A stretch of 64,000 bases of DNA from a virus: the IMG/VR virus record IMGVR_UViG_3300021425_000006; one strand, given 5' to 3'. A program made the position numbers and the translations under genes. Under the pieces are notes generated by a model, which saw only the letters and a list, made by a program, of their open reading frames with translations, did not search any database and was not told where the DNA came from. Below, piece by piece: positions 18,701-27,300 of this stretch; the stretch's first letter is position 1, and each line of letters opens with the position of its first letter.

Positions 18701-21310
18701 TCAACAATTAAAATATCTAACGCAGATCCAACACAATTTTTAAGTGAAATTGCTGGTATGAGAATAGTTATTATTTCTGGCCCAGCAACAGGACAATACG
18801 GTTACATTGACTCGTATAGTGTTATTTCAAAAGAAATTGGAGTTAAGAGAGAATCAGATGACCAAGATGGATGGGATCATGTTACTCCAGGGACAACATT
18901 GGCTACAGCTTTTGATTCAACAACACAATACAGAATAGAACCTCGAGTTGAAGTAACGTCACCCAGTCTTTCAAGTAACTCATATGATATAGTAAATGCA
19001 AGAACATTTACAGATGTAGCAGAAGGCGGAACTAGTGTAACATATCAGAATATCACTATTGGGTTAGGTACTGGTGCAGTTGAAGGAATTGATCAAGCAA
19101 GTGCTGTATATCGAATATTAAGAACTGGTAAAGTATATACACCAACTTTGATTGACGGAGGCGCAGGATATGCTCCGGGAGATGTAATAACAATCTCAGG
19201 AGACCAACTAGGCGGTACATCACCTGATAATGATCTAATTGTTACAGTGCTAACAGTAACAGATGATAGTACTAACTCAATACTTACAGCATCATTTAGT
19301 GGTGTAGGTAGAGAACCAAGACTAGTTGCTTGTGCTGATCCTAATTATATAGCATACAGTGATAACGCAGGACAAACTTGGACAGAAACAACACATGACG
19401 TTACAGGAGTAAACTTTCATACTGTAGTTGCAGGAGATAATAAATTTATTGCAGTTGCAGGTCAATCAAATCAATATGTATTTTCATTAACAGGCGAAAG
19501 TTGGACAACAAGATCATTTCCAGGTGCAAACAATTGGATGCATGCCACATACGGAGGAGGCAAGTTTGTTGTTTGTGCGGCGGCATATGCTAACTTCTTA
19601 TACAGCGATGATGGACTAACATGGACAGAAACTCCACACGGTGGAGCTGTGTCAGCGTTTGCCAAAGTAGCATACGGGCAAGGCAAATTTGTAAGTGTAA
19701 GTAACGAAGATAGAGCTGTTACAATTTCTTCAGACGGAATAACTTGGAATAGAGTTAATGATAAACTTCCTGCAGAATTTGCAACAGTTAATGCAATAGA
19801 ATTTTGTGGATTTGCTTATGGTGATAACAGATTTGTAGGCATAACTGAAAGTGGAAAAACATGCTTTTCTGTAGACGAAGGTGAGACATGGGTATTAGGT
19901 GGCGATGTTCCACAAAACGGTGGTAGCACATTAGTTTATACAGATTTAAAATACGGTAACGGTGTTTGGATGGCTACTGCAACAGATGGTGTTGGTGGTC
20001 CTACAAACTTAGTTGCTACAACACAAGACGGAATAACTTGGAATCAATATAATTTAGATGCATCACAACCTTGGGGAACATTAGCATATACTAGTAATGG
20101 GAATGACCCAAAATTTGTTTTGTTAGGAAATCAAGCAACAGGTAACGGAACTGTACAAGCAAGAACTGGCGCAAAAGCAATATTAAGAGCAGATGTAAAT
20201 CAGGGTAAAATTACACAGTTTAAAATATGGAATCCGGGAGGCGGATATGCTAGTACTCCAACAGTAACTATTACAGATAATCAGTTTATATCAGAAGCAG
20301 AACCTCAAGTAAGACTTAGTAACGGTGTTCTTGCTCAACCAACATTTAATAATAGGGGAGCGGGTTATAGAACTAACTCAACAGATGTAACAATAACAGG
20401 TGACGGTTATGCTGATATTATTGAACAAGGAAATAAACTAACACTGGCAGGGGTAGATGTTGTTCCTGGACCAGGAGTACAAATTAGAATAAACGGAATT
20501 TTAGACGAAGCAACTGAAGTACCAGATGATTTAAAACTTTATAACGGTGTTAAGGCAACAGACTTAGGTGATGACGGTTCTGGTAACGGAACACGATTAG
20601 TTGAATTCCAGATAAGTCCTAACTTAGAAAATACTGACAACTTACAACACGGGACAGTAGTAGAATTAAGAAGTAGGTATAGTCAGTGTAGAATTACAGG
20701 TCACGACTTCCTAGACATTGGTACAGGCGGCTTTGCAGATACAAACTATCCAGGATTATACTCAGACGGAAACTACTTTGTAAGTGCTCCTGAAAATGAA
20801 GTATATGAAACTAATGGAGGTAGAGTATTCTACACAAGTACAGACCAAGATGGTAACTTTAGAACGGGTGAACTATTTGCTGTTAACCAAGCAACTGGTA
20901 TTGTTACAATTAGTGCTCAGTTCTTTGACTTAGATGGACTATCAGAGTTATCACTAGGTGGAGTTAGATTAGGTGGTTCTGGAACAAGTGTTCAAGAATT
21001 TAGTACAGACCCAACTATGAGTGCAGACTCAAATCAGGTTATTCCAACCCAAAGAGCTATTGCAACATTCTTAGCAGATAGACTATCAGTGGGTGGTGAA
21101 GATCTTCAAACCAACTTGTTGCAAGCAGGTAATGTGCAACTTGGTGGAGAGGATAATAAGATTGATATGAACAACGATGAAATCTTACAAATTAGACGTC
21201 CTGTAGACTTCTCAGGACTACAAGCCGACGGCATTACACCAGCCGGAATTGGTGGAACAATACTTTCTCAAATGTTGTTAGTAAGGTCAGACAATGATAC
21301 CGTACAATAA
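15794..21310 (+). CDS. Giant virion protein (1838 aa): CBM5/12-like W..Y..GD.V.YGG repeats, split beta-helix, BNR/propeller region
   Basis: Repeated W....Y..GD.V.YGG..Y.C...HTS; S.DG.TW and G.G.FV repeats; C-terminal TGHDFLDIGTG...GGRVFY.STDQDGNFR.G shared with 21358..29730. Confidence 0.75.
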   Translation: MAEFKLDRFKYNWRGDWATGTDYKRDDVVRVNGFSYVCIISHTGSALFATDLNAILPDSNPPQPQPKWVVMTASKSFVGDWAPGTSYNVGDIVLFGGTVWDCTVAHTASQFQTDIAKWAVFTKHIKFDAQWSAGTEYGHGDIVKYGGNLWKCLTSHSAQGKLEDNQNDWQEYHVGQEYRNAWLPSTEYRINDIVKYGGSLFKCIESHTSNVSELEDDKFTIFAFGTQFDGEWNSTTQYNIGDVVRYGGTSYYAITNNIESDPSRIVRGISSGEDSTNDWLILSKGYQFVGEWSLSKEFKTGDITQRGGNVYVALRDVNINDGDESSLTYLDTEVWEKIIPGKVFKAPWGTGNYYSVGDIVYHLGTAYVCNYEHTSDGENYPGDNGNIYAYWDILIQAGDEGGLHDKGDLLTFGLSRTGAGDGSTLGDTRVQIGEKENVLSITEEQEIFWRTFTADSDVIYVAPYGINDSFPGRGRSAELPFRTVRYACEFIEDNFPPMAPTKVSVATGNYDEIGPIIVPAGCVVMGDELRSTTITATPAIPEYAYDAATDTGDYVHVKEYITHISSFIFDLIANNPVSNTAGNTVTPIRNIDPSNLEASNRIIALLDDFKDYVEFYIASEDNNPTLSGSNTLSVVDGMVEGANQLRVNLEWIQAEIYAYLNLSYDNLDKVRLYDDINSLIRGVARDLQFSGNYGTLQAARRYANAVNGSFLDDLFLLRDTTGLRNLTTKGLTGTLNPPGVFDLYQRPTGGACTSLDPGWGPADERTWIMQRSPYIQGVTNIGGACVGKRVDGSYHNGGNKSMVSNDFTQVLSDGIGAWVSNGARAELVSVFTYYCSVGYFAEDGGIIRATNGNNSYGSWGAIADGNDPAETPDTCSVWNRNNEALVASAFIGGSTDEVKLFEYAHCGQHYTNATASVVGAGASLSTQYEDFRDLAISQVRLINTTGSGSEGGSNYLVRQGFAQVTADASSTIKISNADPTQFLSEIAGMRIVIISGPATGQYGYIDSYSVISKEIGVKRESDDQDGWDHVTPGTTLATAFDSTTQYRIEPRVEVTSPSLSSNSYDIVNARTFTDVAEGGTSVTYQNITIGLGTGAVEGIDQASAVYRILRTGKVYTPTLIDGGAGYAPGDVITISGDQLGGTSPDNDLIVTVLTVTDDSTNSILTASFSGVGREPRLVACADPNYIAYSDNAGQTWTETTHDVTGVNFHTVVAGDNKFIAVAGQSNQYVFSLTGESWTTRSFPGANNWMHATYGGGKFVVCAAAYANFLYSDDGLTWTETPHGGAVSAFAKVAYGQGKFVSVSNEDRAVTISSDGITWNRVNDKLPAEFATVNAIEFCGFAYGDNRFVGITESGKTCFSVDEGETWVLGGDVPQNGGSTLVYTDLKYGNGVWMATATDGVGGPTNLVATTQDGITWNQYNLDASQPWGTLAYTSNGNDPKFVLLGNQATGNGTVQARTGAKAILRADVNQGKITQFKIWNPGGGYASTPTVTITDNQFISEAEPQVRLSNGVLAQPTFNNRGAGYRTNSTDVTITGDGYADIIEQGNKLTLAGVDVVPGPGVQIRINGILDEATEVPDDLKLYNGVKATDLGDDGSGNGTRLVEFQISPNLENTDNLQHGTVVELRSRYSQCRITGHDFLDIGTGGFADTNYPGLYSDGNYFVSAPENEVYETNGGRVFYTSTDQDGNFRTGELFAVNQATGIVTISAQFFDLDGLSELSLGGVRLGGSGTSVQEFSTDPTMSADSNQVIPTQRAIATFLADRLSVGGEDLQTNLLQAGNVQLGGEDNKIDMNNDEILQIRRPVDFSGLQADGITPAGIGGTILSQMLLVRSDNDTVQ

Positions 21311-21330
21311 CCAGGAAAATTATTTAATGA

Positions 21331-21336
21331 TAAATA
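21331..21336 (+). promoter_or_regulatory. TAAATA late promoter
   Basis: GATAAATA upstream of SD GGAG and ATG 21358. Confidence 0.7.
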
Positions 21337-21357
21337 CACTATACGGAGTAAAAACAA

Positions 21358-24300
21358 ATGGCAGAATTTAAACTAGGTAGAATTAGATTTGTTTGGAAAA
21401 ACAACTGGACTACCGGAACAACATACTATAAAGATGACGTTATTGCGTTTGGCGGTAAGGTTTATATTTGTGTAGAAGGTCACAGCAGTGCTGCAGACTT
21501 TTTTACAGATCTAAATATAGTTCCAAGTAAATGGAACTTAGTAAGTGATGGTCAATCATGGTTAGGTGAATGGGCACACAGTACGTCATATGTAAATAAC
21601 AATATTGTAAAATATGGATCGAAGTTATATATCTGCCAAACTAATCATACTTCGACTACAATATCTGGAACAGTAACAAGAGCTGTAACGGTTGCTGTAA
21701 ATACACAATCTCCAGGTAACAATGTTTTTGTATTAGACGGAACACAGTATCCTAGTATACAATTCCAACACGGCAAAACATACGAATTTACACAAGATGA
21801 TGCATCTAATGTAACGCACCCGTTTTTGTTTAGTACAACAAAGAACGGAACACACGGCGCTGGAACAGAATATACAACTGGCGTAAAATATTATATTGAC
21901 GGTGCAGAAGTAGATGACTCAGCTGCATACATAGCTGCATTTGACACTGCAACAAATAGAAAGATAACAATAGAGCCAACAGCTTCTACTCCAGAAACAC
22001 TTTACTACTATTGCTATAACCATTCTAATATGTCAATTGATTCAGAAATTGATATTATAAATTATGGCATCGAAGCAGACTTAGGTAACTGGCAAACATT
22101 TGCAGAAGGCTTAGACTGGAAAGGCGACTGGACTGCAGGGTATCAATATAGAAACAACGATTTTGTAAAATATGGTGGAGCATCATACGTATGTAAAACT
22201 CCGCATACATCACAAGCATCTGGACTAGAAACTGATCAAGCAAATTGGGAACTTTTAAATAAAGGTTTTGATTATAGATCAGAATGGGTTGCAAGTAAAA
22301 AATATCTAGAAAACGATGTTGTACGTTATGGTGCAGGTCTTTGGATATCAATTGCTAACCACACTAGTAGCTCGGCATTTGCTACAGATTCTGCAAACTG
22401 GGAAAAGTTTGTTGAAGGATTTCAATATGAAGCTGAATGGACATGGGAAGGAAGTTACCAAACTGGTGACGTAGTACGTTATGGCGGTAATCAATATATT
22501 GCTAAACAAGATAACACTGATAAGATTCCACCATTAGAACCAACTAACTGGGATCTATTTTCTGAAGGCTTTAAATTTATTGGCGACTGGGGAGCAGATA
22601 GTTCACAGTACGAACATAAAGTAGGTGATGTAGTTAGACTAGGCGGATTTACATATCGCTGTATTTTAGATCATCAAAATCAACAACCACCAAATGCATT
22701 GTATTGGGAGAGACTAAACTCAGGCTTTGAGTGGAGAGGTGAATGGATTGATGAACAAGAATACTTCGAAGGTGACGTAGTACGTTATGGCGATAGTTCA
22801 TATGTTTGTATACTTGGACACATATCAGAAGGTGATGACTACTCATCTGATCAAGTAGGCGCACAAGGTTCTCGCCCAGATTTAGCAGATAGTGGACAAT
22901 ATTGGTCAGCACTTGCAATTGGTACAGAACAGTCAGTATTAACAACTACAGGTGACTTAGTTTATTATAGCGGATCAGCACCAACAAGACTGCCAATTGG
23001 TAAAGATGGACAAGTTTTACAAGTTAATGCAGACGCATTACCTGAATGGGCGTTTTTAGGAGCCTCAGAAGATGTTTACTATGTTGCAGAACATGGTAAA
23101 GACGAACCAGCACCGATTTATGGACAATCAATTGATAGACCATTTAAAACTATTAAGTATGCAGCTCAACAAGTTGAACAAGGTGCAAAGAATCCAGAAG
23201 CAGCAAAACTACTTGAACTAAACAGAAGATTTATTCAAAGAGAAATTGTTGAGTGGACCGATTATCAAATTACAAATAATACAGCACCATTTACATCTAG
23301 TTTCACATACGAGTCTAGTAAGTGTGAAAGAGATATGGGGCTTATTGTTGATGCTATTATTCATGATATTAAACATGGCGGTAATGTTCGTTCAAGAGAA
23401 GCGGCATTATCTTATGTAAATGAAACAGCAGGATCACCTTACTTAACACAAAAAGCAGAAACTGTTGCTAGTATTAATTATGGATTAACAGTAATTAACA
23501 ATGTTCTTGCACAAACAGATCCTAGTGTTAATTACCAAACAACAAACGGTGATAACTCAACAGCAGTTGTATCACAGTACAAAGATGAACTATTAGGCGC
23601 AGAGCCAGTTAATGCTGATATTGCTGCAAACGTAAAAATTATTACTGATGCAATTACAGCAGGCGTTGATACTAATATTCCTGCAAGAGTTATAAACAAT
23701 ACATTAATTAAAGTTTCTACAGGAAGATATATTGAAGTTTTACCAATAATTGTTCCAGCAGAATGTTGTATTATAGGCGACGAACTTAGAGCTGTAACTG
23801 TTGAACCAAGAACAGCAGACAATGCTGTGTTAACACCTAAAGGCGATTTTAAATATACCTTTAAAGGACTTGAAAGAATGGCCGACATTGTTGGTGACAT
23901 TGTTACAGGACAAACAGTTACTCCAACAACAGGTAATACACAATCACAAAACCAAACATGGCCTTATGCCGAAACAACTGTAGTTGGACCAGAGGTAACA
24001 CGTTTAGCAAGATCAGTTAATGATAGAATTAACGTAGGATTGGGTGAAAAGAGGAACGGTAACTTACCTACATTCCATACTATGTCAGACACAAGTGCTG
24101 GTCGTGCAAGAGATTTGGTATTAAGAAATAAAGAATTTATACAAGCAGAAACTGTTGCGTATATTGCAGATCAATATCCAAACTTAAATTATAGTAGAAC
24201 TAAGTGTAAACAAGACGTTGGTCTTATACTTGACAGTATTGCATATGATTTAACATATGGCGGTAACTGGATGAGTGAAACTGCAGGACTTGCATATTAT

Positions 24301-27300
24301 AACGGTGCAAGTGGTGTACTTCAAATTGATAGTACAGAGAAAGCAGCAACGATTGCAACATATGGCATTATAAAAGCACACTCACAAACAGTTTCAAGAG
24401 ACCTTGCTGTTAGTCCAACATATCAATCAACTGTTACACAGGTAAGTGGTATCGGCGGAGATGCAGGAGATGCAACTACAATAGGTAACTTGTTTGACGA
24501 TATTATTGATATTGTTGATAACGGCCCTAGTAATTCAAGTATTACATATCCTGTAGTAACAGGTGCAGCAGCTGGGTTACAGTCAGCGGCAACAACATTA
24601 GCAAGTAAGAAAACTGAAATTGGTGAGCAAACAATTGACTTCATTAATAACAACTTTGGTAGTTTCAAATATAATAGTGCAATTTGCAGACGAGACTTAA
24701 CAAACATCATTACTGATGTAATGTTTGATGCAGCATTAGGAACAAATTACAATGGTGTTTATAACGGTATTGCTTATACTAGACCAATTAATGCATACAA
24801 TCTAGCAAATCAAAGAGTAGAAACTATTGGTGCTATTAGAAAGGCTAGAGATTTAGTATTAGCTATTACTAGTGACGCAACTGCTGAAACTAGAATTCAA
24901 TCATCAATGAACGAAATTGTTGATATTATTAATAATAATACAGGTCCAGCTGTTCCAGGAGATGGAATAGCAGACACACTAAGTTTTCCAAGTCCATCAG
25001 GTGTTGATCAAAACAGAGTAGATGCAAAGGATAACTTAGTAGCAAACAGAGAATTTATTAAAGCAGATGTTGTTGCATATGTTAACAACAATACACCACC
25101 AGTAGGATACGATCAGGCAAAATGTGCTAGAGATGTAGGTTACATAGTTGACGCAATGTGTTATGATGTATTATATGGCGGTACAATGGCTGCAACAAGA
25201 ATAACAGAATCATACTTTGGAATTTTTGGTGCAATTTATCCAGATGGACAAGTAACTGAAACTGTAGCAGCTTATAACCATATGAGTACATTGTTAGGTT
25301 TAATTGTACAAGAATCAAGTGTTACAGCACAGTCTGGAAATAGTGAAGTTCAAACTACACTAGGTACACCGGCAAGTGCTACAGAAGCTAATTCAATAGC
25401 TGCAGGTATGACTATTATTACAGATGCACTTACAGCAGGCAATACTGACAGTGTTCCGGCAGTAGTATATCCAGATGTTACTTGGGCGTCAAGTGCTATT
25501 CAGTCAGATAAAACTGATGTTGACACTGCAAGACCTGCAACTATATTAAGTGTATTACAATTCATTACTGATACATATAATGACTTTAAATATGATCATG
25601 CTAAGTGTACTAGAGACATTGGCTTAATCATTGATGCAGCAGCATATGATTGGCAATTAGGTACTAACTATGCTAGTTTGATAACAGCATTAAGTTACTT
25701 AAGAGCACCATCAAGTAAAGTTGTTGGAGATCAAAAGACAGCAACTATTGCTGCAAATGAATTTGCAAAAACACTTGCGGTACAAAATGTAGGTGGCGAA
25801 GCAGATGCTATAGCAGGAATCAACACAACATGGCAAATAGTTCAAGATACATTATTTGCTGGAGCTGCAGAAGGCGGCATGAAGTCAGTTAATGACCAAG
25901 AGGTATTTAATGCTATACGTCAATTAGAACTTAATAAAGACTTTATTGCAGACGAAGTTGTTGCTTATGTGAATGATTACTTTAGTGATACTGTTACAGC
26001 AACAGCAGTAGTTGTTGGTGGTTCAGCAGGTGGAACAGATTCTAATAGATTAACAGTTACTTCAACAGCCTGGTTAGACGAAGGTATGGAAGTCAAGTTA
26101 ACTAATACAAACAGCATTTTAGAAAACTCTAGTTTGTTCCTTCCTAATACAAAGTACTATGTAAAAGAAATTATTAGCGGAACACAATTTAGTTTATCAA
26201 ATAGTGTAGACGGTACAGAAGTAGCTGTAGATAATCCGTGGAGCGGATCAATTAAAATTGAAAAAGCATATGTTTACAGCGAAGCAATTTGTAAACGTGA
26301 TGTTAAAGAATACGTTAATGCAATGAAATGGGACCTTGAATGGGCTCAGACATGGAAACGTCAATATAAAATTGGTAATACAGAAAACGCATTAACATTC
26401 TACAGACCAGGAATATACAAAACATTACTGGCTGCAAGATATTATGTTAATAGTGTTATTGGCTCACAAGAAGAAGACTTTTACTACTTACGTAATGGCA
26501 CAGGATTAAGACTTATGTCTATGAAAGGACTAAAAGGTGACTTAGGTCCTGCAAACGAGTTTGGAACACAACGACCAACAGCAGGTGCTTATGCATCGTT
26601 GGATCCGGGTTGGGGTCCAAACGATCAACGTGTATGGATTACAGCAAGATCACCGTATGTACAAAACTGTACAACATTTGGTTTTGGAGCAACTGGTCAA
26701 AAAATTGACGGTGCATTACACGCAGGCGGAAATGACTCAATTGTTAGTAACGACTTTACACAGGTTATTAGTGATGGTATTGGAGCATGGATTACAAACA
26801 ACGGTAGAGCAGAACTTGTGTCAGTGTTTACATACTACTCACACGTAGGTTATCTTGCAGAGAACGGCGGACGTATACGTGCAACTAACGGTAATAACTC
26901 ATATGGTAAATATGGATCGTCAGCAGAGGGTGTTGACCCAACTGAAGTTCCAGTAACAGCAGTTATTGATAACGCATCACAATATAATGCAACTATTTCA
27001 GGTGTTAATACAAATAATAATGAAATACTAAATGTTGAATTTAGTCATGCAGGTAACGATTATACTGAAGCATTGCTTGAGTTCTTTGGTCCAGGTACTA
27101 ATGAAGAAGTACTAGCAGACGAATATAGAGACGGAGCAATGTTCCAAACTCGTATTATTGAAACTACACCAGATACAGCAGGCGGTACCGGATATACATC
27201 GGTATCAAACGTTGCACAGTCCGGTGGAACTACATATGTTGATCTTTCATCAACAGACGGTAATGTAAGTTCAGCGTACATTGGTATGAGAGTTCAAATT

